Of a stretch of DNA of 34,252 nt, positions 8,420 to 18,803 are shown piece after piece. A program made the position numbers and the translations under genes. The notes beneath the pieces are model-generated. The model did no database searches. It had not been told where the DNA came from and worked only from the letters and a program-made list of their open reading frames with translations. Every line of letters begins with the position of its first letter. The first letter of the stretch is position 1. The stretch lies in the sequence record DRR723986_11816, one strand, 5' to 3'.

Positions 8420-10156
8420 TAATCCGTCGGGGGATCGGCTGGCAGCGGTCAAGCGGCCCACGGTCCAGGGGGCTGCGATTTCTAGCTGATGTCCTTTGCT
8501 CTGCAACGCAGCCAATGTGTCCTTGCCCAATGCGGGTTCCACCATCAAGTGACCGGGGCGGGCATTCCGGGGATAGAATGATTCCTGAAAATGGCCTGTG
8601 TGAAACAGGGGCGCATCAATGGCCTGTTGCAGATTGGTTTGGCCGTGGATCAGACGCAAAAGGTAAATCAGCTGCCATTGATCCTGTTGATCGCCACCGG
8701 GTGTTCCAAAGGCAACGTCAGTCCCATCCGGGCTGCGCGCGAAAGAGGGCGACAGGGTGGTACGGGGGCGACGGCCCGGGGCAAGCGATGTTGGCAGCCC
8801 CGGATCCAGCCAGAACATCTGCGCGCGCGAATTGAGCGGCATGCCCAACCCCGGCACCACTGGGGAGGATTGCAACCACCCCCCCGATGGGGTGGCCGAC
8901 ACCATATTGCCCCAGCGGTCGATCACGTCCAAATGCACCGTATCCCCCTTTTTCTGGGACAGATGCGCCATGGTGGGTTCTCCGGCCCCGTGGGCAGATC
9001 CGGTTTCATATCTGTGTTCTGCGCGGGCGATGGCTGCCTCGGCCCAGTGTTCAAAGCCGGGGATCTTGCCCGGGCGATGTTCAAGCGAGGCGGTGTCGCT
9101 CATAAGGGGTCGCCGACTGTCCGCATAGGCTGTTGAAAGCAGCGTGTCCGTTGGCAATGCGACATGCGTGGGATCACCATAAAAGGCCTCGCGATCTGCA
9201 AAGCACAGTTTCATCGCCTCAGTGACCAGATGCACAAAATCTGCGCCACAAAGATCAAGCGAGTCCAAGTCAAAGCCCGACAACAGGTTGAGGGATTGCA
9301 GCAGTGTTGGCCCTTGGGTCCACATGCCGGCCTTCCACACAGTCCACCCTTGGTACTGGGTGCTCAGCGGCGTGTCGTAACTGGCCTGCCACGTGGCCAT
9401 GTCCTGCCCGGTTAAGACCCCTTTGCGCCGTTCACCTGCTGCATCCATCACGCATGCGCTTTGGAGATAGCTGTCGATGCGTTCCGCGATAAAGCCTTGA
9501 TAAAAGACGCGGCGTGCCGCCTGGATTTGTTCGGTGCGATCCGTAAAACACTCAACCTCTTGCAACAAACGGGACCATGTTTCCGCCAGTTGCGGGTTGC
9601 AAAACAGATCCCCGGCTTTTGGCGCGGCACCGCCGGGCAGCCATGTTTCAAACGAGGTTGGCCATTCCGTTTCAAAGAAATCGGACAATCCGGCGATGGT
9701 ATCCGCCACCCTTGGCAGCACGGGGTGGCCTTTGGTGGCATAATGAATGGCGGGTTCCAAGATATCGCGCAGGGGCAAGATGCCATGATCGAGCAGCATC
9801 AACATCCATGCGTCAAACGCACCGGGGATGACCGTGGCCAACAACCCGGACCCCGGAATGCGATCCAAACCTTGATCCCTGTAGTGGTCTATCGTTGCCC
9901 TAGCAGGGGCCGTCCCTTGACCACACACAACAGTGGGGGCCGTATCGCCTGCTGGTTTCATCAACAGGGGCATATCGCCTAACGGACCATTCAGATGGGG
10001 TTCAACCACGTGCAAGGTAAACCCCATTGCTGCGGCGGCATCAAAGGCGTTCCCACCCCGTTCCAAAATCCGCATGCCGACGGCTGACGCGATCCAATGG
10101 GTCGACGTGGCGACGCCGTATGTCCCGACAATTTCAGGGCGGGTGGTAAAGGTCAT
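8366..10156 (-). CDS. Gamma-glutamyltransferase-family Ntn hydrolase
   Basis: GGNAFDAA, VEPHLNG, autoprocessing site GD/TVHLDVIDRWGNMVS, FGTPGG. Start ATG 10156 after GGAG. Confidence 0.92.
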   Translation of the reverse strand: MTFTTRPEIVGTYGVATSTHWIASAVGMRILERGGNAFDAAAAMGFTLHVVEPHLNGPLGDMPLLMKPAGDTAPTVVCGQGTAPARATIDHYRDQGLDRIPGSGLLATVIPGAFDAWMLMLLDHGILPLRDILEPAIHYATKGHPVLPRVADTIAGLSDFFETEWPTSFETWLPGGAAPKAGDLFCNPQLAETWSRLLQEVECFTDRTEQIQAARRVFYQGFIAERIDSYLQSACVMDAAGERRKGVLTGQDMATWQASYDTPLSTQYQGWTVWKAGMWTQGPTLLQSLNLLSGFDLDSLDLCGADFVHLVTEAMKLCFADREAFYGDPTHVALPTDTLLSTAYADSRRPLMSDTASLEHRPGKIPGFEHWAEAAIARAEHRYETGSAHGAGEPTMAHLSQKKGDTVHLDVIDRWGNMVSATPSGGWLQSSPVVPGLGMPLNSRAQMFWLDPGLPTSLAPGRRPRTTLSPSFARSPDGTDVAFGTPGGDQQDQWQLIYLLRLIHGQTNLQQAIDAPLFHTGHFQESFYPRNARPGHLMVEPALGKDTLAALQSKGHQLEIAAPWTVGRLTAASRSPDGLLRAAATPRLMQAYAVGR

Positions 10157-10214
10157 TGGCAACTCCGGACAGGTGCGCTGATCGTGCATGCCTGTCCGGG
10201 CAGGTCAAGATTGC

Positions 10215-13200
10215 TTAGTAATCGCGCTCAAAGAACAACCCGATCGAAGTGTCCCCTTCGTTGTCGACAGTGCCTTTGGCGGTTAGGTTATCTGTCAGAT
10301 CAAGGTTAAGATTGACCTCGGTATCCCCCTGCGTGTTGACAGTGAAATCGGTATAAACCCCATCCGCGAGGTATTTACCGGCCCCGAACTGGGGCGTGCC
10401 ATCGCTGTCTGCGCTGATATCGACAGAATCGGCGCCTGTTTTGTTACGCAACCCTTTGGTGCTATCGCCCCCTGCGCCGCTGAGCTGGGCCAGCGAGGCA
10501 GCCATCTGCGCCACAACGATTGGCGATAATTGCGAGAACCGGTTCCCAAAGAGCAACATGGCCAGCGCTTCTTCGGTGGGGCGTTCGGGATCGGAATAGA
10601 TCTTGATTTCAGGCGCATTCAACGGGCCGGAAATCTCCATGGTCGAGAGACCCTCTTCGGTGCTGGTCGAAGAGGCGAATTCGACATAAGGCGTCAAATT
10701 CCCCTGCAGCGTGACGATCCCTTTGGTCAATTTCAAACGGCGCCCCAAAATATCCAGGTTCCCGCGCACCAACTCGATCTGCCCTGAGGGGGAAATTGCA
10801 CTGGTTGTTCCGCCGATATGCAGGTTACCCCCCAATTCGGCGTTCAATCCCCGGCCGCGAACAAAGACTTTGTTAGGGGCCTGTAGGCTGATATCGAGCG
10901 CAATCTTGGAATCTGCTTTGGCCGTTTCGGTTTTGATCAGGTTGGCGCGTTTGCGTGTTGTGCGCACCGCCCCCGGTTCGCTGATGTGGGTGATTTCAGG
11001 GATCGGAGCTGATCCGACAGACCCACCTGCCGCAGCTAGGTTGATATTGGTTTCGCCAAAAATTATCTGACCGGCGATTGAGCTGTTGCCGGCCAGCGGG
11101 CCAGACATAACAACCTGCCCATTGGCAGAGCTGTCAAACAAGATATTGTCGGTCAGGATCAAATTGTTCAGGTCGACGGCGATACGGCCCTGAAACGGGG
11201 GGGATAATTCAACTGGGCCACTGACTTGAAATGTGCCGCCGGCACCCAATCCTGCGGTGATCGCTAGAGCCGCTGATCCGTTGTTGATTGAAACGGTGCC
11301 CCCAATGTCTGTCAGGGTTTGCGTGGCGCTTGGAATGGCCATTGTCGTGCCGGATGTTGTGATTGTACCGCTCAGGGCGTCCAGTCCCGGTTTCCCTTTG
11401 AGCGCCAGATCAAACTGTGCTGCGCCGTCGATTTTGTTTGGGGACACAAAGAGGTTGGCTATGCCAAGGCTCAGACTGCCCTTGGCTGAAACATCCGCTT
11501 CGCCTGCGGCTTCATCAAATGTGCCGGCCACCGTTGTCTGCACCCCAGAGGGGCCATTGGCATCGGCGTCAATTGTCCAAACTCCTTGGTCGCGTTTGGC
11601 GGATCCTTTGGCGTTCAGCGCGCCTGCGAGTTCGGGCAAGATGCGTTCCAATTGGGCAAATTCAGCATCAAACTTGAGATCAGCGTTTCCGTCGGGTTCG
11701 ACTGTTCCATTCAGTTTCGCATAGGAACTTTGCGGTCCGGTCAGATTTACATCCCCAAGGAAACCGGTCGCTGTGCGGGACACATCCCCCGCAAGCTTGA
11801 GCGGCCCTGACAGGTTGGGAACAATGCGGTTCAGGTCATCCAATGCGGCCTGAAATGCCAGTTTTCCGCCTTGATCCAACAAAGTACCTTTGGCGGTTGC
11901 TGTAACCGCCGCGGCGGCCAGATCGAAGTTCCTGATCTCTAAGCCTTCTGATGAGTTGGACGCATCCAACATGAGGGTCGTTTTGCCGGTGATCAAATCG
12001 TCCAGCTGGGCGATGCCGCTGCGCAAATCCTGCCCGCTCAGGTCCAGATCGATATCAAAGACCTTGGTTTCCGGTGTTGCGTTGCCTGTAACCGATGCGC
12101 TCACAGCGCCTGCCAAATCCTGACCTGCCAGCCCTGAAAAGAGCGATAGATCTGGCGCGGATGCTTTTAGTGTCCCGTCCAAGGACAAGGCCCCGTCCAG
12201 ACCTTTGACCTTGGCGCCGCCTTCGGCAGACACGGCGGCGCTGTCTAACGCAAACCGTCGGACATTCAGCCCCTGATCATCGCGGACCGCATCAAGTGCG
12301 ATTTTGGTTTGCCCGGCGATCAACGGATCAATATCCGCCATTCCCGTGCCTAGGTTCTGGCCATCGACATCGAGCTTGAAATCAAAGCTCCCGGTAAGTG
12401 GCGCACCTTTTCCGGTGACTGTTGCCGCAACGTTCCCAGACAAATCCTGCCCGGCCAATTTCGAAAACCGAGACAGATCAGCAGCTGTGACTTGGGCGTT
12501 CCCGTCGATTTCCAGCCCGCTTTCAAGTCCGCTGATTATGGCATCGGCCATCGCGGAATAGTCCGTTCCCTCTAGCTCAAAATCACTGAGCTGTAGAGTG
12601 CCATCCCCGGTCAGGTCAAACAGCCCATCCAACGAGATCCGGTGCCCGATTGCTTGGCTCAGCGCGGGATCGTTAAAATTCAAACCCACAAGAGCTGCAA
12701 ACATGTCACCCTGCAATTCCAGCGTTTCACCTTGGTCCAACGTGCCGCTTGCATTGATGCGGGCAGTGCCCAACAGCATATCCGGCGTCTCAACGCCGCT
12801 GGCGGTGACGCTCAGGTCAAACTGGTTGCCATTGGCACGATCCATCAGCGTCGAAAATTGCGCTGCCTTCAACGTCGTGCGCGGCCCTGACAATGGCAAG
12901 ACAATGCGATCCCCGGATGGGGGTGTTATGCGCCCTTGCAGCGCGACCTTGTCCAGCTCGCCCGCAGTAATTGCCATTTCGCCCTTTAAGGCAAGCGCGT
13001 CAGAGGTGATCCGCAACTCAGAAATCTCAAGATGCCCGTTGGGATCATTGCGCCCCTCTAGGCCCAACTGGGTGTTCGTGCCGAAAAACGTATCAAATTC
13101 TTCTTCAAGAAAGGGGGTAAGATCGCCGCCTAGATCCGCAGAAAAGGCAATGCTTGTTTGGCCCTCGTCCCCATCCGGGGTCGGTACGCCGCGCAATCGA

Positions 13201-13973
13201 ACCTGACCGCTGATCCGTTCAGCATCTCCGCTAGACAGACCGATGTCGGCGGTAAAGTCCCGCACAGGTCCAGCGCCTTTGGCGGTCAACAACAACGGGG
13301 GTTGATCGGGGATGTTCAGAGCCGTTGAAATCAATCCGCCCGCATCTTCGACCACTTGCAGGTCTAGCCCAATTTCCTGGGTCTCGTTGGCGAATTCTGC
13401 CGCCAGTTTGATAACGTCACCGGGACGATCCAACCGTGTTATGCCCAGATCCGTGTCCAGCGCCCCATCTGCAAACACCAACGATCCTGCAACTTTCAAC
13501 TCAGCAGGAATGCCAATCAGTGGCTCGCCCAATCCCAGTCGATCCACCCGGATTTCACCAAGCGTGATCGCCACAGGCAATTCAGGCAGCTGAAAAGGCG
13601 TCGTTTCCGGTGAAGGAAGGTCTGCCGGGGCGGTGCTGGGCAGGGGTGCGCGCGCGATCAAGATCTCTTCGGCAGTGAGGGCGTTGACCGAAAAACTGCC
13701 GGTGAGCAGGGCCAACCGGTTCCAGTCGAGCGTGGCGTTATTGATGGTCAGCCAAACGCCGTCGTCGTCAGACACAGCGATTTGTTCGATGGTGGCCTTG
13801 GCGCTCAGCGCGCCCTCTAGCCCTGTAACCCTGATACTGCGCCCATCCCCGGACAGGGTGTCCTCTAGAAAATTGACCAGCATTCCGCCGGATTCCTCTT
13901 CTTGGGCTGTCACCATCAGTGGGGTTGAAATGAGACATGTGGTGATAAGTAGGGAGTGTGTAATTCGTGCCAT
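10215..13973 (-). CDS. tamB: Translocation and assembly module TamB
   Basis: 1252 aa, Gly/Leu/Asp beta-rich; C-term DUF490-like VRGRGLNAELGG...GKYL...IGLFFERDY; coupled to tamA. Confidence 0.93.
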   Translation of the reverse strand: MARITHSLLITTCLISTPLMVTAQEEESGGMLVNFLEDTLSGDGRSIRVTGLEGALSAKATIEQIAVSDDDGVWLTINNATLDWNRLALLTGSFSVNALTAEEILIARAPLPSTAPADLPSPETTPFQLPELPVAITLGEIRVDRLGLGEPLIGIPAELKVAGSLVFADGALDTDLGITRLDRPGDVIKLAAEFANETQEIGLDLQVVEDAGGLISTALNIPDQPPLLLTAKGAGPVRDFTADIGLSSGDAERISGQVRLRGVPTPDGDEGQTSIAFSADLGGDLTPFLEEEFDTFFGTNTQLGLEGRNDPNGHLEISELRITSDALALKGEMAITAGELDKVALQGRITPPSGDRIVLPLSGPRTTLKAAQFSTLMDRANGNQFDLSVTASGVETPDMLLGTARINASGTLDQGETLELQGDMFAALVGLNFNDPALSQAIGHRISLDGLFDLTGDGTLQLSDFELEGTDYSAMADAIISGLESGLEIDGNAQVTAADLSRFSKLAGQDLSGNVAATVTGKGAPLTGSFDFKLDVDGQNLGTGMADIDPLIAGQTKIALDAVRDDQGLNVRRFALDSAAVSAEGGAKVKGLDGALSLDGTLKASAPDLSLFSGLAGQDLAGAVSASVTGNATPETKVFDIDLDLSGQDLRSGIAQLDDLITGKTTLMLDASNSSEGLEIRNFDLAAAAVTATAKGTLLDQGGKLAFQAALDDLNRIVPNLSGPLKLAGDVSRTATGFLGDVNLTGPQSSYAKLNGTVEPDGNADLKFDAEFAQLERILPELAGALNAKGSAKRDQGVWTIDADANGPSGVQTTVAGTFDEAAGEADVSAKGSLSLGIANLFVSPNKIDGAAQFDLALKGKPGLDALSGTITTSGTTMAIPSATQTLTDIGGTVSINNGSAALAITAGLGAGGTFQVSGPVELSPPFQGRIAVDLNNLILTDNILFDSSANGQVVMSGPLAGNSSIAGQIIFGETNINLAAAGGSVGSAPIPEITHISEPGAVRTTRKRANLIKTETAKADSKIALDISLQAPNKVFVRGRGLNAELGGNLHIGGTTSAISPSGQIELVRGNLDILGRRLKLTKGIVTLQGNLTPYVEFASSTSTEEGLSTMEISGPLNAPEIKIYSDPERPTEEALAMLLFGNRFSQLSPIVVAQMAASLAQLSGAGGDSTKGLRNKTGADSVDISADSDGTPQFGAGKYLADGVYTDFTVNTQGDTEVNLNLDLTDNLTAKGTVDNEGDTSIGLFFERDY

Positions 13974-15778
13974 CAGAACGCCTGCCCAATCCCAATATAG
14001 AACTGTAATCCTTCGCCAGTGCTACCGCTTACCGGATAGGCAAGGTCAAGCCGGAGGGCCCCCAAGCCACCCACATCGTATCGCACACCTAAGCCAGCAC
14101 CCGAATGGCTGTTTGATCCAGAGGAAACGAATGAATCAGTTCCGACGGTTCCGACGTCATAAAACCCAACCAGCGTGATTTTTTCAGTTACCTTGCCGCG
14201 TACTTCGGCGGTGAGCCCTAAGAACGACCGCCCGCCTGAAACCTCGGACCCAACGGGGATGCCCAGACTTTCATAGGGTTGTCCGCGAACTGTGCCTGCG
14301 CCACCCGAGAAAAAGAGAAGGTCAGGTGACACTTCGTTGAGCGCTGGCCCAATCACGGACCCAAGCTGTAATCGGCCTGCTAGGACAAGTCGCCCTTCGG
14401 TGCCGATGTCCCAATATCCACGACCATCCAAAATCAATTGCCCACCGGATTTGGTTTGCGACAGTCCGACAAACGGGGTCAAACGGGCATCCACATAGAA
14501 GCCACGGGTTGCACTGACTTTGTTGTCACGTTCATCCAAACGGACCCGGAACGGTAAGGTTAGATACCGAAATGTCCGATTTGAGCCAAAAGCATCATCG
14601 GAATTGGCGTAACTGAATGCAAAAGAGGCCTCGGCATAGAGCTTGGGAGAGAAGGTGCGCCTTGCACCGATCCCGACCAAACCGCGGGTAACGTTATAAT
14701 GCGTGCGATTGCGGCGTTCGATCTCGGCCAAGTAAAATGTGTTGTCATCGGGGCCCAGCGTATCAGGGCGATCCAGACGCATCCCGATGCGACCATCGAT
14801 GTCTTCGACGCCCCCAATGTTACGAATGCGCGCTTCGAAGCGGAACCGTTCCGCGCCGCCAAACAGGTTGCGGTGGATCCAGTCTGCGCTGAGGTCCATG
14901 CCATTGCGCGAAGAAAGTTCGGCACCAAAAGTCAGGCGACGCTTTGGCAAGTCCTCGAATGTCGCATCAAAATCAAGCGAACCGTCGGGGTTGGGTTGAT
15001 CGCGTTCTGTCAAAGAAACAGAGTTAAACGCGTTGGTGCGGCGCAAACGTGTGCCAACCTTTTGCACATGCTCCGGGGAATACACCTCTCCCGTTGGGAA
15101 ACCCGCTATTTTGCTGATCGAGGTCGGAGTGACATCACTTTCGCCCTGGATGTGCATTTTTCCAAAAGTGAGCTTTGGACCAGGGGCGACTGTTATGGCG
15201 GCGTTCAGTTGGGCCGACGCATGTTGCGCCCTGATGTTTTGCGACCCGATATCTGCCTTGGGGTGACCAGCCGCGTGCCATCCATCAACCGCAGCGACTG
15301 CCGCATCCCGGATCGCCCCGGTTTTTGCTGTTTGGCCAACCGCATAGCTTTCGGGAATGACTGTTTCAGGCGTCACGGGCGCGATGTCAGCCTGACCAAA
15401 GCGGAATATAGGTCCGGTCTTGACGGTGATGTTGATGGTGTTGATCGCCGTAGGGGTGTTCAAAGGATCAATATTGGCGGCTTCTTTGCCGTCGAGCCGA
15501 ATGTTGATCACAGGGCTAAAATACCCCTCGTCGTATAAAATTTGCACAAGGGTGCGATAATCTGACAATGCCGCCGACAGCAATTCAAGAGGGGTTTCCA
15601 ACCCGCGTGATTGGGCGGCAAATGCCGACGATCCGCCCTCAAGACGCTCGCGCAATTCATCCGGTGCGCCGGGCGCCTTGAGGCTGGTTTCTAACGCCAT
15701 GGCGTAGCTTGGTGCCAAGAACAGGCACGCTGCGACAAAACTGTTGCGCGTTGCTTTCCAAGGGCTGCTCGATGCCAT
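13973..15778 (-). CDS. tamA: Autotransporter assembly outer-membrane protein TamA (Omp85 family)
   Basis: Signal peptide, POTRA-like region (GYF), HRNLFGGAE, FFSGGAGTVRG, GLGVRY, C-terminal YIGIGQAF. Confidence 0.95.
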   Translation of the reverse strand: MASSSPWKATRNSFVAACLFLAPSYAMALETSLKAPGAPDELRERLEGGSSAFAAQSRGLETPLELLSAALSDYRTLVQILYDEGYFSPVINIRLDGKEAANIDPLNTPTAINTINITVKTGPIFRFGQADIAPVTPETVIPESYAVGQTAKTGAIRDAAVAAVDGWHAAGHPKADIGSQNIRAQHASAQLNAAITVAPGPKLTFGKMHIQGESDVTPTSISKIAGFPTGEVYSPEHVQKVGTRLRRTNAFNSVSLTERDQPNPDGSLDFDATFEDLPKRRLTFGAELSSRNGMDLSADWIHRNLFGGAERFRFEARIRNIGGVEDIDGRIGMRLDRPDTLGPDDNTFYLAEIERRNRTHYNVTRGLVGIGARRTFSPKLYAEASFAFSYANSDDAFGSNRTFRYLTLPFRVRLDERDNKVSATRGFYVDARLTPFVGLSQTKSGGQLILDGRGYWDIGTEGRLVLAGRLQLGSVIGPALNEVSPDLLFFSGGAGTVRGQPYESLGIPVGSEVSGGRSFLGLTAEVRGKVTEKITLVGFYDVGTVGTDSFVSSGSNSHSGAGLGVRYDVGGLGALRLDLAYPVSGSTGEGLQFYIGIGQAF

Positions 15779-15968
15779 CGCTTGGACTCCAGACTGTTAC
15801 ACTCGTACGGACGAATTTCTCGCTGAAGAACTCGCCATTTGAACGGATGCTAACACACTACATGCTGAGTATGGAAAGGGTAATCGGGGTCGCAACCCCA
15901 ACTTATTGTGGTTACTGATGCCTGTCCGTCACCATGTAAACCTGATTGCAAGCCGGGGCGCCATGGTG

Positions 15969-17198
15969 TCAGTGCTGAGCGGCGCGATACCAACGCACAA
16001 TGGCTTGCCGATCTTCCGGTTCCATGAAGGTGACATTGGCCGGGGGCATGGCGTGGGATAGGCCCGCCTGTACATAGATGGCACCGGCATTGCGGGCCAC
16101 ATCCGCCTCGGTCTCAAGCAGAACGCCCTTGGGGGCCCAAAGCACCCCGTCCCAGACCGGTTCGCGTGCGTGACACATGGAACAACGCCCCATTACGATC
16201 TCATGCGCATCTTCGAATCCATCAGCCGCAGCAAACTTTTGTTCAAAAGCGGTCAGGGGCTGTGCTTCGGCTTCTTCAATGGGTGCAAACATGGGCGCGG
16301 TGGACAGCCACATGATCAGAACAAACAGCGTGGCCGTTATGGCCCAGGTCCAGTTTGGCTGACCTTTACGGGCGTGCATGGTGTTAAAGTAGTGGCGAAT
16401 GCTGACGCCCATCAAGAAAACCAGCGCCGCGATGATCCAGTTGTATTCGGTGGCAAAGGCCAGCGGATAATGGTTCGACAGCATCAAGAAGATTACCGGC
16501 AGTGTGAGGTAGTTATTGTGCGTCGAACGGAGCTTGGCAATTTTGCCATACTTAGGGTCCGGCGTTCGGCCCGCTTGCAGATCAGCCACGACCACACGCT
16601 GGTTTGGCATGATGATAAAGAACACATTGGCGGTCATGATCGTTGCAGTAAACGCGCCCAGATGCAGCATCATCGCGCGGCCCGTGAAGATCTGGTTGTA
16701 CCCCCAGCCCATGACGACCAGCAGCACGAACAACAACCCCATCAGCAGAGTCGGCCGTGTTGCCAGTCCAGATTGGCACAACGCATTGTAAACCAGCCAC
16801 CCAACGGTGAGGGACGCTGCTGAAATGAGGATGCCTTGCCAGACCGCCAGATCCGCTTTTTGCGCATCAATCAGATACAATTCAGCCCCGGCCCAATAGA
16901 CGACCATCAACAAAGCCGCACCGCTGAGCCAGGTCGTATAGCTTTCCCATTTGAACCACGTCAGGTGGTCCGGCATTTCAGCCGGAGCGACGAGATACTT
17001 GCGGATGTGATAAAAGCCGCCACCGTGAACCTGCCACTCTTCGCCATGGGCCCCGGCGGGGAGGTCCGGAGCCTGACGCAATCCAAGGTCCAGCGCGATG
17101 AAATAGAACGAGGAACCGATCCATGCCATTGCCGTGATAACGTGAAGCCAACGTACGGCAAATCCGATCCATTCCCAGATCACGGCCATATCATACAT
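15969..17198 (-). CDS. puuD: Membrane urate hydroxylase/oxidase with C-terminal cytochrome c domain
   Basis: RWLHVIT..AWIGSSFYF, WQVHGGGFY, FKWESY, IMPNQ, RSTHNNYLTLP, SNHYP, heme motif CSMCH. Start ATG 17198 after GGAG. Confidence 0.93.
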   Translation of the reverse strand: MYDMAVIWEWIGFAVRWLHVITAMAWIGSSFYFIALDLGLRQAPDLPAGAHGEEWQVHGGGFYHIRKYLVAPAEMPDHLTWFKWESYTTWLSGAALLMVVYWAGAELYLIDAQKADLAVWQGILISAASLTVGWLVYNALCQSGLATRPTLLMGLLFVLLVVMGWGYNQIFTGRAMMLHLGAFTATIMTANVFFIIMPNQRVVVADLQAGRTPDPKYGKIAKLRSTHNNYLTLPVIFLMLSNHYPLAFATEYNWIIAALVFLMGVSIRHYFNTMHARKGQPNWTWAITATLFVLIMWLSTAPMFAPIEEAEAQPLTAFEQKFAAADGFEDAHEIVMGRCSMCHAREPVWDGVLWAPKGVLLETEADVARNAGAIYVQAGLSHAMPPANVTFMEPEDRQAIVRWYRAAQH

Positions 17199-17273
17199 GA
17201 GGGGTACTCCGGTCTTTTGTCCCAGACTAGGCAAAGAGTGGTTTATTCGGTATTCCCAGATATTATCAAGCTG

Positions 17274-17293
17274 TATCAAAAAAACTGAGAAAA
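17274..17293. promoter_or_regulatory. Candidate LysR binding site
   Basis: TCA-AAAAAAC-TGA (17276-17288) is a dyad T-N11-A box abutting the LysR start in the puuD/LysR divergent region. Confidence 0.55.
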
Positions 17294-18216
17294 TGTCTTA
17301 CCTCGACAACATCCGAACCTTTGTCCGCGTTTACGAACTGGGCAGCATGTCTGCCGCGGGACGTGACCTGCGGGTGTCTCCGGCCGTCACCTCTGCGCGT
17401 ATCTCTCAGCTCGAGGATCATCTGAACGTCCGCCTGTTTCAACGCACCACGCGAAACCTGTCTCCGACGGAGCAGGGGAAAGCGTTTTATTCAGGGGCGG
17501 TGACAGTTCTGGATTCGGTGGATCAGGCCGAAGCAAATGTGATGAATCTGACGGACACACCACGCGGATCGCTGTTTGTTGCTGCCCCCTTGGGGATGGG
17601 CCGCCGCCTTTTGGCGCCAAATGTACCGGATTTTCTGGCCGAATATTCAGAAGTCGGTATTCGGTTGCGATTGAGCGATCGCACCGTGGACCTAACAACC
17701 GAGGGGCTGGATCTGGCATTTTTCTTAGGACAACCAGAGGATAGCAACCTTCGGATCAGGAAAATAACTGATTGTCGCCGCGTGCTCTGCGCTGCCCCGG
17801 ATTATGTCCGACGGCGTGGGACGCCCGCAACTGGGGATGAACTGGTGGCGGGCGGGCACGAATGTTTGAATTTGCGTTTTCCGGGCGCGACTGAGTTTCA
17901 ATGGATGTTGCAAACCCAGAATGGCCCCAAACGATTCGCAGTTTCAGGCCGGTATGAATGTGATGATGGGGACATTCTGACCGACTGGGCCTTGTCGGGG
18001 GAGGGGATCGCAATGAAGCCTGTGTTCGAGGTTGCAGATCATCTCCTGGCTGGGCGGCTTGTCCCTGTTGCACAGGAAACACCACCCGTACCGATACAGA
18101 TGGCTGTTTTGTACACACATCGCCGCCATCAGGACCCCAAATCGCGTTTGTTTATGGACTTTATGACGGACCGGATTGGCCGGGCGGTGAAAGAGGCCGA
18201 GGCAAGCTTGCCTTAA
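17293..18216 (+). CDS. LysR-family transcriptional regulator
   Basis: HTH: FVRVYELGSMSAAGRDL..SPAVTSARISQLEDHLNVRLFQRTTR; divergent from puuD. Confidence 0.95.
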   Translation: MSYLDNIRTFVRVYELGSMSAAGRDLRVSPAVTSARISQLEDHLNVRLFQRTTRNLSPTEQGKAFYSGAVTVLDSVDQAEANVMNLTDTPRGSLFVAAPLGMGRRLLAPNVPDFLAEYSEVGIRLRLSDRTVDLTTEGLDLAFFLGQPEDSNLRIRKITDCRRVLCAAPDYVRRRGTPATGDELVAGGHECLNLRFPGATEFQWMLQTQNGPKRFAVSGRYECDDGDILTDWALSGEGIAMKPVFEVADHLLAGRLVPVAQETPPVPIQMAVLYTHRRHQDPKSRLFMDFMTDRIGRAVKEAEASLP

Positions 18217-18223
18217 GCGAGGA

Positions 18224-18294
18224 GCTCCCGCCCCTGCTTGTCTCTTACAGAGGCAGCGCAGCGTTGGGCCGGGCGCCGGACTGCCGTCCGGCGC
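18224..18294 (+). repeat. Structured intergenic element, copy A
   Basis: GCTCCCGCCC (18224-18233), 29-nt spacer with imperfect hairpin, GTTGGGC (18263-18269), 3 nt, stem GCGCCGGAC-TGCC-GTCCGGCGC (18273-18294). Confidence 0.8.
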
Positions 18295-18333
18295 GGGTAT
18301 GTGTGGCCACTGAAGGTTTTTCGCTCGATAGGC

Positions 18334-18687
18334 TTAACTGCCGCGATAGGTGGAATATCCGAATGGCGAAAGCAACAAAGGCACATGATAGTGCTTGGCT
18401 TCGCTCAACCCGAACCTGATCGGTATTTGATCTAAAAACCGCGGTGCATCACTGGGCGCTGCGTGTGCGTCCAGATAGGCCCCAGCGTGAAACACCAGTT
18501 CATATACCCCAGTCTCGAAACGGTCTTTAGCTAAGATGTGTTCGTCTGTCCGCCCATCTGAATTGGTGGTGAGGGTGTTTAAGTGCACGCGCGAGTCCCC
18601 TGAGATTTTGTACAGGTCTATACGCAACCCCTGCGCCGGACTTCCAAGCGCGGTGTCCAATACGTGCGTGGTCAGATATCCAGACAT
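18334..18687 (-). CDS. uraH: 5-hydroxyisourate hydrolase (transthyretin-like)
   Basis: [32 protein letters not shown] signature. Start ATG 18687 after GGAGG. Confidence 0.96.
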   Translation of the reverse strand: MSGYLTTHVLDTALGSPAQGLRIDLYKISGDSRVHLNTLTTNSDGRTDEHILAKDRFETGVYELVFHAGAYLDAHAAPSDAPRFLDQIPIRFGLSEAKHYHVPLLLSPFGYSTYRGS

Positions 18688-18803
18688 CAGCCATCCTCCT
18701 TTTACCTCTCTGAGGTTTCTCAGGTTTTTTGTGTATTGCAAACACTCTCTGCCCGACAGACTTTCGCATATTTCTTGAAGATCCCTAACTGTTTACGCTG
18801 CCT

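Noticed and set aside
14699-15538. 279-aa antisense ORF in tamA (similarly 27386-28198, 16170-16823, 28292-28936)
   Set aside because: Long antisense frames are expected in GC-rich coding DNA; no motifs recognised.
15886-15899. GGGGTCGCAA shared with 34023-34032
   Set aside because: A single 10-nt match with no further shared context; compatible with chance.
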